NCBI GenBank assembly: GCA_963707915.1 | Contig: OY970178.1 | Span: forward strand, 2,592,001 to 2,656,000 | Direction: 5' to 3' | Origin: Candidatus Eiseniibacteriota bacterium | Lineage (GTDB): Bacteria > Eisenbacteria > RBG-16-71-46 | DNA: 64,000 bases | Shown here: piece after piece, positions 1 to 8,752 of the stretch | Numbering within the stretch: position 1 is the first letter of the stretch | Layout of the letters: every line of letters starts with the position of its first letter | Made by a program: the position numbers and the translations under genes | The notes under the pieces: generated by a model | Databases searched by the model: none | Seen by the model: the letters and a program-made list of their open reading frames with translations, nothing else | Told to the model about the DNA's origin: nothing

Positions 1-1177
1 CCACGAGGTCCATGTCGGGCCCGTAGGACGACCAGTAGGTGCGCTGGTCGAACCGGTCGGAGGCCCCCACCTGGATGCCCAGCCCGTCCGCGGCGTAGAT
101 GGCGGGGTACCTCGCGCCGGGGCCGGGGTAGCCGCTGTTGCCGGAGGCCACCACCACGACGCAGCCGCGGACGAGGGCCCAGTGCATGGCCAGGCGCTCG
201 AGCCGGCTGGGGCCGAGGCTGGCGTACGAGAGGTTCATGGCGCGCGCGCCCACCGCGGTGGCGTACAGCGCGGCGGCGGCGATGGCGTACGACGTCGTGT
301 TCCCGCTGTGGAAGGGCGAGATCTTGAGGGGCACGATGCGGCAGCCGAAGTTGCCCCGCCCGTCGCCGCCGCACACCCCTGCCACCCCGAGCGAGTCGAA
401 GTGCGGCCCGTCGTTGGTGCGCGCGGCCATCACGCCCGCGACCCCCGTGCCGTGGTAGTTCGAGTCGGCGACGGCGTCCGCGGGCTCCAGGCTTGTGAGG
501 TTCGCCGCGTGGACGATGCGCGGCGAGCCGTCCGGCATGGTGGCGGCGAGGTCGGGGTGCGCGGGGTCGATCCCGGTGTCGGCCACGGCGAGCAGGACGT
601 CGTTCGATCCGGAACCGAGCGCCCAGGCCGCGAGCGCCTGGATGTCGGCGCCGGCGACGCCGCCCCAGGGGGAGGCGGGCCCGAGGTTGCGCAGACCCCA
701 CTGGCGGCCGTCGCGCAGCAGGGGATCGTCCGGGACGGGCGGATCGAGGGGCAGTACGGCGAGCTCGCGCACGCGGTTGGGCTCGGCCCACTCCACCGCC
801 GGGTCGGCGAGCAGCGCGGCGAGCGCGGTGGCGGCGGTGGCCGAGTCGGGTGCTTCGAGCAACCAGACGCGCTCCGGGGCGAGCGCGAAGGGGCCGCTCT
901 CCGTGTCCGGTGCCCGGAGGCGGAGCGCGGCACCGCCGCCGCTCTCCGCGGGAATGGCGGGCGGGAGCCGGCTGGCGAGCGACTCGCGGAAGCGCAGGCC
1001 GAGGGCCTCGAGGCGCGCACTCAGCGCGGCCCGGGTCTCGCGGGCGGCGGTGCCGGTGCTTGGGGGCGCGAGCGCCACCACCAGCTCGCGCGCGGGGTCG
1101 GCCAGGGCGGCGGGCGCGACCACGGCCGGGAGGATCGAGAGGGCGGCCGCGAGCAGCGGGTTGCGGAGAAGGGACAT
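1..1177 (-). CDS. Secreted S8 (subtilisin-like) serine peptidase, partial (continues beyond left edge)
   Basis: Not in the ORF track because no stop falls in the window. Manual translation gives signal-like MSLLRNPLLAAALSILPAVVAPAALA, catalytic motifs VADTGID and HGTGVAGV, ASGN and SSYGPDMDLV. An alternative in-frame ATG lies at 1231. Confidence 0.85.
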   Translation of the reverse strand, partial: MSLLRNPLLAAALSILPAVVAPAALADPARELVVALAPPSTGTAARETRAALSARLEALGLRFRESLASRLPPAIPAESGGGAALRLRAPDTESGPFALAPERVWLLEAPDSATAATALAALLADPAVEWAEPNRVRELAVLPLDPPVPDDPLLRDGRQWGLRNLGPASPWGGVAGADIQALAAWALGSGSNDVLLAVADTGIDPAHPDLAATMPDGSPRIVHAANLTSLEPADAVADSNYHGTGVAGVMAARTNDGPHFDSLGVAGVCGGDGRGNFGCRIVPLKISPFHSGNTTSYAIAAAALYATAVGARAMNLSYASLGPSRLERLAMHWALVRGCVVVVASGNSGYPGPGARYPAIYAADGLGIQVGASDRFDQRTYWSSYGPDMDLV

Positions 1178-1274
1178 GGGATCCAGCGCGGGAGGCGGGT
1201 CGGAGGGGGCGCGGTGGACGGCGGGACTCATGGCAAGCGGCGTGCCCGGTGCGGACGGGTGGCGTCGCCCGTTC

Positions 1275-2180
1275 CTATCGCCCTCCATGCAACGGGAACT
1301 CCGTGCGTGCGGCGCGCGAGATGCGCAGCTCGTCGATGCCCCCGTCGAACGCGTACCAGGGCGCCTCGTCGGCCGTCGGGCCCTGGCGCAGGTCGCCGCC
1401 GAAATCGGTGAGGAAGCGGGTGTCGAAGAAGTTGCCCACCAACAGCGGGGCCTGGCTTGCGCGGATGCGTCCCAGGGTCGCGAAGGTGCCGTCGGGCTGG
1501 CCGTTCACGTAGAAGCTCACGACCTGGCCGTCGAACGTGACGGCGACATGGGTCCAGCGCTGCAACTCGATCGCGCTCTGCGAGATGAACGCGCGGGGCG
1601 CGCCCGCGTCCTCGGGCTGGAAGACGAACAGGAGCCGGCCGGCCGGAGCCCCCTGGACGAAGTCCCGATGCCACCCGGGGCCGGGGCCGGCACCGAGCTC
1701 GTTGGGCAGCAGGCGGTCGGGCAGGTCGTTGCCGACGATGGAGAACAGCCAACTGTGCTCGGCGGTGCTCGGCGACCAGCGGGCGGCGATGGGGGAATCC
1801 TCGTACGGCGAGTAGCTGTTCGGGGCGACCCACGCCTCGACGCTGAGCGCCGGATCCGCGTCGAGCGCCGGGCTGTACGGTACGAAGAGGAACGAATTGG
1901 CCGAGCGGGTGAAGAGCCGCGCGCCCCGGAAGCGGCCGAAGATGGTACGCGTGTCCGGGCCGGCGACGGCGTCGAGCCGCGACCTGCCGGCATCGGCCGC
2001 GTGGGTGCCGCCGGTCTCGTCCATGCGCCACAGCGCCACGGTGACCGAGTCCGCGGGGGTGCCGGCCGTGTCGGCGGTGACGTCGGACCGCTTCACGTTC
2101 TTGGCGCACGCGGCGAGCGCGAGCAGCGCGACGGCGGCCGCGAGCACCCGAGCCGCGCGACGGCGCCGGGCCGGGCTCAC
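1275..2180 (-). CDS. Lipoprotein with LamG/concanavalin A-like domain
   Basis: Lipobox ALAAC; LamG-type motifs ALWRMDE, LSVEAWV, WTHVAVTFDG, FYVNG, FDGGIDELRIS. Confidence 0.8.
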   Translation of the reverse strand: MSPARRRRAARVLAAAVALLALAACAKNVKRSDVTADTAGTPADSVTVALWRMDETGGTHAADAGRSRLDAVAGPDTRTIFGRFRGARLFTRSANSFLFVPYSPALDADPALSVEAWVAPNSYSPYEDSPIAARWSPSTAEHSWLFSIVGNDLPDRLLPNELGAGPGPGWHRDFVQGAPAGRLLFVFQPEDAGAPRAFISQSAIELQRWTHVAVTFDGQVVSFYVNGQPDGTFATLGRIRASQAPLLVGNFFDTRFLTDFGGDLRQGPTADEAPWYAFDGGIDELRISRAARTEFPLHGGR

Positions 2181-4312
2181 CTTCCGCTCCCGGCCTGCGC
2201 CAGGACCGCGCGCGCCCGGGCCTCGGTCTCGCGGTCGCCGAGCGCCTGGAACAACTGGATCATGGCGCGCAGCGTATCAGAGTCGCGCGTCATCGCCACC
2301 ACCGGTCGCCACGCGGCTGCGGCCTCCTGCGGCCGTCGCGCGAACAGCAGCGCCCAGCCGTGCCCGATCCGGGCGTCCACGTTCGAGGGCTCGAGCGCCT
2401 CGGCCCGCTCGAAGGCCGCCGCGCCCGCCGCGAAGTCGCCGAGCCGCACGCAGACCTTGCCGATCGCGAGCTGCAGCGACGCGTCCCGGGGCCGGCGCGA
2501 TGCCGCACGCTGGTAGGCGTCGCGGGCCTCGTCCAGCCGGCCGCGCGCCAGCTCGACGCTCCCCAGCGAGCGCAGGGCCATCGGTTCCGAGGGGTCCACC
2601 GCGAGCTGCCCGCGCGCCGAGTGCAGGGCCGACAGCGTGTCGTTCGCGGCCCACGCCGGCGCCTGGCCGAAGGCCGGGCCGATCTCGTAGAGCACGGCCG
2701 GGTGCGGGGCGGTGACGCGGCGCGGCGTGAGGCCCGGGACCACCGCGGTGGTGTCGAGCAGGAACCAGAACTCCGGGCGGGTCTGCCCCTCGGGCCACGA
2801 GAAGTAGAGCCAGCGCGCGCCCCGGGCGCGGGCGTAGGCCGCCAACTCGGGCAGGGTGCCGACGAACGGGAAGGGCACGGGCTCGACCCCGGCGTGGAAG
2901 GCGACGTGGGCCTTGCGCGCGATGACCCGGTCGCCCGGCCGCGCGAGCGAGCGCAGCGTGCGCGCGGCGTCCAGCGCCTCCACGGGCAGCTGGTCGAGCA
3001 CCCGCGCCTGCGACCGGACCGTGGCGACGAGGGCGAAGGCCAGCGGCAGCAGGGCGAGCGCGGGCTTGAGCCAGGGGCGGGGCCCGCGCCGGAGGACCAG
3101 CGCGAAGCGCGGCGAGGCGAAGAACAGGGCGGCGGCGGCGGCGTAGTACGGCAGCAGGGCGAGCGAGTAGCGCTCGGAGTAGAAGGCCGGCACGAGCGCG
3201 AGGAAGAGCAGGGCCCAGGCCGGCGCGAGCGGCCAGAGGCGCCGCAGCGCCCCGTCCGCCAGGCCCAGCCCGAGGCCGAGCACGGCGCAGAGCGCGAGCG
3301 GCCAGCCCAGCAGGCGCACCGCGTCCTGGCGCAGGTGGTCGTGGACGTTGAAGAACATCCGGCCCGCGACCGCGGCGGGGTCCCGCGCGATCACGTCGGC
3401 CAGGCCGTGGAACTGCGGCTGCAGCGTGCGCTGGTAGGTGTCCCAGGGGATGCCCTTCGCGCGCGCGAAGACCTCGTAGGCGATGTTGTGGTGGAGCTGG
3501 AACGACACGCCCGTGCCCCGGGCGAACGAGTAGATCACCCAGGGGAGGACCGGCAGCAGGAAGCCCGCGGCGAACAGCAACGCCGCGGGCCCGGGCCTGC
3601 GCTGCAGCGTGCCTCCCGCCGCGATGGCGACCAGCCCGGCCGGCAGGAGCACGCCGGCGTTGTAGCGCGTCAGGAAGGCGAGCGCGGCCAGCGCGCCGGC
3701 CCCGGCGGCGGCGCGAAGCCCGGGGCGGGCGAGCAGCAGGTAGAGCGTGCCGGCCTGCAGGGCCAGGGCGAGCGCGTCGGTCGTGACGGAGTAGCCGTAG
3801 CGGAAGAACGTGGCGTTGGTGGCCATGAAGAGCGCCGCGCCCAGGGCGACGCGCGCGTCGGCGCGCCGGCGCAACAACGCCGACCACAGGAGCAGGGCGA
3901 GGCAGCCCGAGGCCAGCGAGAGCAGGCCCGCCGCGAGGAAGAGGTCCCGCACGACGAGCCCGGCCAGCGCGAGCGCGACCTCGTAGCCCGGGCCCACCAC
4001 GCCGTAGCGAGCGGGGTCGAGGTGGCCGCCCAGCACCCGGCGCGCGCCCTCGGCGTACTGACCGTAGAAGTCGGTCTCGGTCATGTAGTCGCCGACCCGG
4101 TGTGGACCCAGCACCATGGCGAGGAGCGCCGCCCCGAGCAGCGTGACGACGAGCAGCGTCAGGCGCCACAGCAGGCGCTCCGTCCCGGGCGCGAGACCCG
4201 GTTCCGCGTGGAGCGCGACCGGTCCCCGACGCGCCGGCGCCCCCCGCGTGGCGCTCCCCGGGGTACGGGTGGGATGGGACCGGGACGGTCGGCTCGGGGG
4301 CGGGGCGGGCAT
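2177..4312 (-). CDS. GT-C fold (family 39/ArnT/PMT-like) membrane glycosyltransferase with C-terminal TPR repeats
   Basis: Many TM helices, ETDFY acidic loop after the first TM, GPGY, TTD and FLTRYN motifs; C-terminal TPR-like helices (LGSVELARGRLDEARDAYQRA). Confidence 0.7.
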   Translation of the reverse strand: MPAPPPSRPSRSHPTRTPGSATRGAPARRGPVALHAEPGLAPGTERLLWRLTLLVVTLLGAALLAMVLGPHRVGDYMTETDFYGQYAEGARRVLGGHLDPARYGVVGPGYEVALALAGLVVRDLFLAAGLLSLASGCLALLLWSALLRRRADARVALGAALFMATNATFFRYGYSVTTDALALALQAGTLYLLLARPGLRAAAGAGALAALAFLTRYNAGVLLPAGLVAIAAGGTLQRRPGPAALLFAAGFLLPVLPWVIYSFARGTGVSFQLHHNIAYEVFARAKGIPWDTYQRTLQPQFHGLADVIARDPAAVAGRMFFNVHDHLRQDAVRLLGWPLALCAVLGLGLGLADGALRRLWPLAPAWALLFLALVPAFYSERYSLALLPYYAAAAALFFASPRFALVLRRGPRPWLKPALALLPLAFALVATVRSQARVLDQLPVEALDAARTLRSLARPGDRVIARKAHVAFHAGVEPVPFPFVGTLPELAAYARARGARWLYFSWPEGQTRPEFWFLLDTTAVVPGLTPRRVTAPHPAVLYEIGPAFGQAPAWAANDTLSALHSARGQLAVDPSEPMALRSLGSVELARGRLDEARDAYQRAASRRPRDASLQLAIGKVCVRLGDFAAGAAAFERAEALEPSNVDARIGHGWALLFARRPQEAAAAWRPVVAMTRDSDTLRAMIQLFQALGDRETEARARAVLAQAGSGR

Positions 4313-4447
4313 GGACGGGGAGTCTAGCCCGGAGGATTCACGAACCGCCAGCCGGCGACAGTGATGAAGGCGGCAGCTTGTGGCTGCCGCCTTCTGCCCA
4401 GGCGCTGGGATCCGCGCGTCCGGGGCGGGGGGGAACCCTACTTCGTC

Positions 4448-4777
4448 CTAGTGGCGCCGGCGACGCACGGCCGCGCCCAGCGCGAGCAACCCCATCGAAG
4501 CCAGCATCATGGTCCCGGGCTCGGGCACCGGGTTCGTCGCGCCACCCGGCGGCCGGGTCGAGGGAGGACGATGACCCGGGCGCGGGCAGTTGACGCCGCT
4601 GGTCGGCCCGAAGTCCGAGGACTCGGAGATGGAGTTGTTCAGGTCGTTGACATTCGGCGCCAGACTCGGAGTGGCGGACTGGGGCTGGGTCGACGGCAGA
4701 CGACTCGGCTGCACGTAGGCCGACGCGGCGCTCGCGATCAGCATCAGCGCTGCAAGTGCCAGAACGATACGCTTCAT
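4448..4777 (-). CDS. Small PEP-CTERM sorting-domain protein
   Basis: Signal peptide, Ser/Thr/Pro-rich body, C-terminal VPEPGT + TM helix + RRRRH. Confidence 0.92.
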   Translation of the reverse strand: MKRIVLALAALMLIASAASAYVQPSRLPSTQPQSATPSLAPNVNDLNNSISESSDFGPTSGVNCPRPGHRPPSTRPPGGATNPVPEPGTMMLASMGLLALGAAVRRRRH

Positions 4778-4832
4778 ATAGGGGCCTCCTAGGGCTTGGG
4801 AGTCTGAATCAGCCTCTCGTCAGCCAAGGAGT

Positions 4833-4848
4833 GGCAAGGTCCGTACCG
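4833..4848 (-). promoter_or_regulatory. Putative sigma54 -24/-12 promoter of the PEP-CTERM gene
   Basis: Minus strand reads CGGTACGGACCTTGCC (GG-N10-GC with TTGC), about 55 nt upstream of the ATG. Confidence 0.65.
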
Positions 4849-4933
4849 CGCCACGAGTCAGCCATCAAACCGTTGCCGGGTATCCGATTGCCACGGTTGG
4901 GCCTTCTCGCCCTCGGGCCCGGCCTGGGGGAAT

Positions 4934-4950
4934 TGTCGCAATATCCGACA
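4934..4950. promoter_or_regulatory. Putative enhancer-binding protein site (TGTCG-N7-CGACA)
   Basis: Inverted repeat TGTCGCAATATCCGACA with AT-rich core, about 90 bp upstream of the sigma54 motif. Confidence 0.55.
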
Positions 4951-4988
4951 CCCGGGGGTGGCCTGTGGCCCAGGGGCCCCCCGGCGGG

Positions 4989-5267
4989 TCAGGCCTGCGG
5001 GACTTCCCGCACCAGCTCCCGCGCGGCCTCCTTGCTCATGGAGCCCCGGGGCAACTCGAGGATCTCGAACGTGCGGGAGCGAGACGGGCCCTCCGCCGCG
5101 TCGCGCGCGCCGCCGCGCGTCAGGGTCAGGCGGTCGCCCGGGTGCGCTTCGCGGCTCGGCTTGGCCGGCGAGCCGTTGAGCAGCGCGTGGCCGTGCTGGA
5201 TGGCCGCGCTGGCCTGGGAGCGGCTCTTGAAGAGCCGCAATTCGAAGAGCAGCACGTCCAGTCGCAT
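4989..5267 (-). CDS. S4-domain RNA-binding protein (Hsp15/YabO-like)
   Basis: MRLDVLL...LFKSRSQA...G...LNG...KPS...PGD S4 signature, 92 aa. Confidence 0.85.
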   Translation of the reverse strand: MRLDVLLFELRLFKSRSQASAAIQHGHALLNGSPAKPSREAHPGDRLTLTRGGARDAAEGPSRSRTFEILELPRGSMSKEAARELVREVPQA

Positions 5268-5325
5268 GTTCAGCCCTCCCGCCGGCCGCGGGGCCCGGTC
5301 CGGCGCCGGTGGCCGCGCCCGGGCC

Positions 5326-6033
5326 TCACGCCGCGCCGCCGAGCCACTTCGCCAGCGCGAAGGCCGCGGCCGCGGCGAGCCCGCCGACCAGCAGGGTCTG
5401 CAGCCCGCTCTGCCAGGGCCGCGCCCCGGTGAAGCGCCCCTTCACGTAGCCGAAGACGAGCAGCGCCGCGAGCGTCACCGCGGCGGAGAGGCCCAGCGCC
5501 CGGCCGACGTCGTGGGTGACGAGCATGTAGGGCAGGAGCGGGATGAGTCCGCCCGCGATGTAGGAGCCGGCGATGGTGAGGGCGCTGCGGAGCGCGCGCC
5601 CGGGTTGCGGAGTCTCGAGCCCCAGCTCGAAGCGCATCATGAAGTCCACCCACGCCCTGGGCCGCGCCTCGAAGGCGCGCAACACCGGGGCGATCTCCTC
5701 TTCGCCCAGCCCGTACTCGCGGAACACGTCCGCCACCTCCTCGCGCTCGGTCTCCGCCAGCTCGACGATCTCCCGCTCCTCGCGCCGGCGCTCGCTCGCG
5801 TAGTGGTCCGCGTCGCTGCGCGCCGCCAGGTACCCTCCCAGGCCCATGGCGATGGATCCCGCCGCGATCTCGGCCAGGCCGGCGGTGACGATGATGCGGG
5901 TCGCGGAGATGGCGCCGGTGAGCCCCGCCGCCAGGGCGAAGGGGACCGTGAGGCCGTCGGACATTCCGATCACGATGTCGCGCACGCTCTCGCCGGCGGT
6001 GAAATGCTGCTCGATGTGCGGGGTCTGGGGCAC
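5326..6033 (-). CDS. VIT1/CCC1 family iron/manganese transporter
   Basis: RDIVIGMSDGL, AGSIAMGLGGYLA, Glu-rich cytosolic loop, MMRFELGL. Confidence 0.92.
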   Translation of the reverse strand: MPQTPHIEQHFTAGESVRDIVIGMSDGLTVPFALAAGLTGAISATRIIVTAGLAEIAAGSIAMGLGGYLAARSDADHYASERRREEREIVELAETEREEVADVFREYGLGEEEIAPVLRAFEARPRAWVDFMMRFELGLETPQPGRALRSALTIAGSYIAGGLIPLLPYMLVTHDVGRALGLSAAVTLAALLVFGYVKGRFTGARPWQSGLQTLLVGGLAAAAAFALAKWLGGAA

Positions 6034-6097
6034 GGGGACTCCTCTCGAAGGCGGTGCGCCGGGAGCGGCGTGCCGGGCCCGGGCGCGCCCGCCCGGG

Positions 6098-7240
6098 TCA
6101 GGGCAGGAAGTAGAAAGCCATCCCGAGGATGACGTAGACGGCGACGAGCAGCGCGCCCTCGAGCCAGTTGGACTCGCCGTCCTGCGCCACCAGGCCGACC
6201 GCCGCCACGGCGACGGCGACCGAGACCACCTCGAAGGGCGTGAAACGCAGGTCCATCGGCGCCCGCCCGAGGAAGTACGACACGAAGACCAGCAGCGGCG
6301 CGACGAAGAGCGCGATCTGGATGCTCGAGCCGATGGCGATGTGGAGGGCGAGGTCCATCTGGTTGCGCACCGCCATCATCACCGCGGTCGAGTGCTCGGC
6401 GGCATTGCCGATGGTGGCGACCACGACGACGCCCACGAACACCGGCGTCAGCCCCAGCGTGTGCGAGGCCTCCTCCACCGCGCCGACGAGCAACTCGCTC
6501 ATCCAGGCCACCAGCAGCGTGGCGGCGAGCAGCAGCAGCGCCGGTCGCCACGCCGACTCGCCGGCCCGGGCGGCGTCGACGCCGCGCCCGCCGGCGACCG
6601 GCTCGCCGGCGTAGAGGTGGCGGTGCGTGCCGAGGCTGAAGACGAGGCTCAGCAGGTAGGCGGCGAACAGGACCACGGCGATCTCCAGCGAGAGGTCGCG
6701 CTCGCTCAGTGCCTCCTGCGTGGCGGTGAGCGCCGAACGCGCGACCGCGCCCGAGGCCACGACGTTGAAGAGCGCCGGCACGAGCAGGCCGATCGCCGCG
6801 AGGGCCAGCAGGGTCGAGCCCATCGAGGCGGCCGCGCGGTCGAAGGTCTGCCGTCGCCGCCGCAGGCCGCCGGCGAACAGGGCGACCCCCAGCACGAGCA
6901 GGCTGTTGCCGAGGATCGAGCCGGTGAGGCTCGCCTTCACGACGTCGTCGAGCCCGCGCCGCAGCGCGGCCAGCGCGATGACCAGCTCGGCCGCGTTGCC
7001 GAAGGTGGCGTTCAGCAGTCCGCCCACGCCGGCGCCGAAGCGGCGCGCGAGCGCCTCGGTGGCCTCGCCCATCGCGCCGGCCAGCGGCACGATGGCGACG
7101 GCGGCGCAGGCGAAGACGGCGACGCCGCCCCAGTGGAGCTGGTGCGCGACCGCCGCGAGCGGCACGAAGAACAGCAGCCCGCGGAGCAGGGCACCGGGTG
7201 CGGCGGAGCGGCGGTCGAGGGTGGTGCGCGGTCCGGTCAT
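6098..7240 (-). CDS. cax: Calcium/proton exchanger (CaCA, CAX/ChaA family)
   Basis: Alpha repeats [13 protein letters not shown] and [22 protein letters not shown]. Confidence 0.92.
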   Translation of the reverse strand: MTGPRTTLDRRSAAPGALLRGLLFFVPLAAVAHQLHWGGVAVFACAAVAIVPLAGAMGEATEALARRFGAGVGGLLNATFGNAAELVIALAALRRGLDDVVKASLTGSILGNSLLVLGVALFAGGLRRRRQTFDRAAASMGSTLLALAAIGLLVPALFNVVASGAVARSALTATQEALSERDLSLEIAVVLFAAYLLSLVFSLGTHRHLYAGEPVAGGRGVDAARAGESAWRPALLLLAATLLVAWMSELLVGAVEEASHTLGLTPVFVGVVVVATIGNAAEHSTAVMMAVRNQMDLALHIAIGSSIQIALFVAPLLVFVSYFLGRAPMDLRFTPFEVVSVAVAVAAVGLVAQDGESNWLEGALLVAVYVILGMAFYFLP

Positions 7241-7402
7241 GTGCCGGGACTCTGCCCGAGCGCGCCCCGTCGCTCAAGTGCGAGGGGCGTCCCGGCCACC
7301 GGGCGTCGGCGCGGGCTTGGTGCGCGGACGTCTCCGCGGGTAGTGTCGGCCCGCGCGCCCGGCGGGGCCGAATGGCGGTCGGGCGCGCGGCGGGGAGGGT
7401 CC

Positions 7403-8662
7403 GTGGACGAGCAACCGGCGCCGCGAACGGCGGGTTCCGAGGTGGTGGGCGTGGTGGGGGCGGTCCTGCTCCTGGCCGCGCTGCTCTCGATCGAGATCGC
7501 CGCGCCCTGGGTCTACATCCACGACGACAACGGCGCCTGGACCCAGACGGTCGCGACCGCCCACCTGCGGGCGGGTCTCCAGCGCACCCGTGGCCAGGAC
7601 TTCTTCATGCGACGCGCGGACGGCAGCCTCGAGCCCTACCTGCACCATCCGCCGCTCTACCCGTTGCTGGAGGCGGCCACCTACCGCGTCACCGGGTCTT
7701 CCACGCCCCTGACCACGCGGGCGGTGCCCGCGCTGTTCCACCTGCTGGGCCTCGTCGGCGTCTTCGCCCTCGCGCGGCGGGTCTTCCCGGCCCGGCCCGG
7801 CGTGCGGCTGCTGGCGCTCTACCTCTACGCGGTCGTGCCGATGAGCGCGTTCTTCGGCAAGCTCGCCTTCAACGAGCCGGTCGGCCTCGCCCTGGCGGTG
7901 TGGGCGCTGGTGGTCACGCTGCGCTTCCGCGCGACCGGCGGCGCCGGGGCGCTGCTCGCAGCCGTCGGCCTGTGGCTGCTCGCGCTGGCCGCGAGCTGGA
8001 CATGCGCGGCGCTGCTCTTCGCCTTCTGGCTGCTGCAGGTCCGGGACTGGCGGTGCGGCGGGCGCGGGGCCGGCCTGGCGACGGTGGCGCTCGGCGCGAC
8101 CGGGCTCGTGGGGGTCGGCCTGCTGCTCGGGCAGCTCGCGTGGGCGGGGGGCGGCGGCCTGGACGGGCTCCTCCGGGCGGGCGGCGCCTGGGGGATCTCG
8201 GGTCGCAACGCACCCGGCTGGCTGGGCTCGCTGGGGGTCGCGTTCGACTTCCACCGCCTCTACTTCGCCAACCTGCCGTTCCTCCTCTACCTGGGCTGGC
8301 TGGCGGCCCGCGCGCGCGCGCTGGGGCGCGGGCGGCCGCTCGGCGACGCGGACCGCGTGCTGCTGGCCGGCTCGGCCGGCGCCGCGCTCTGGGCGGTGGC
8401 GTTCGTGCACCAGGTCGCGATGCACGGCTACGGGCAGTTCTGGTTCCTGCCCTTCGAGACGCTCGCGGCGGCCGACGCCGCGGCCGCGGGCTGGCGGGGC
8501 CTGGCCGCCCGCCCGCGCCTGCGCATGGCGCTGGCCGTGCTGGCCGTGGCGGGGACCGTCACTTCGAGCGCGGTGACCCTCCACTACCGCTACACGCACC
8601 GGGGCGCCTACGCGATGCAGACCGCCCGCGAATACGAGGCGCGCTACTTCACGCATCCCTGA
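7403..8662 (+). CDS. Polytopic membrane protein, GT-C (family 39-like) glycosyltransferase
   Basis: 3' part of ORF 5846..8662; GTG start after GGGAGG; HDDNGA, YLHHPPLYP and FNEP motifs, multiple TM helices. Confidence 0.65.
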   Translation: MDEQPAPRTAGSEVVGVVGAVLLLAALLSIEIAAPWVYIHDDNGAWTQTVATAHLRAGLQRTRGQDFFMRRADGSLEPYLHHPPLYPLLEAATYRVTGSSTPLTTRAVPALFHLLGLVGVFALARRVFPARPGVRLLALYLYAVVPMSAFFGKLAFNEPVGLALAVWALVVTLRFRATGGAGALLAAVGLWLLALAASWTCAALLFAFWLLQVRDWRCGGRGAGLATVALGATGLVGVGLLLGQLAWAGGGGLDGLLRAGGAWGISGRNAPGWLGSLGVAFDFHRLYFANLPFLLYLGWLAARARALGRGRPLGDADRVLLAGSAGAALWAVAFVHQVAMHGYGQFWFLPFETLAAADAAAAGWRGLAARPRLRMALAVLAVAGTVTSSAVTLHYRYTHRGAYAMQTAREYEARYFTHP

Positions 8663-8752
8663 GTCCGTGGCCCGGGTCCGGACCGGACGCACGACGGGCG
8701 GGGTCTCGCGACCCCGCCCGTGTGCTCGATCCCTGCTATCGCGAGCGAAGGA

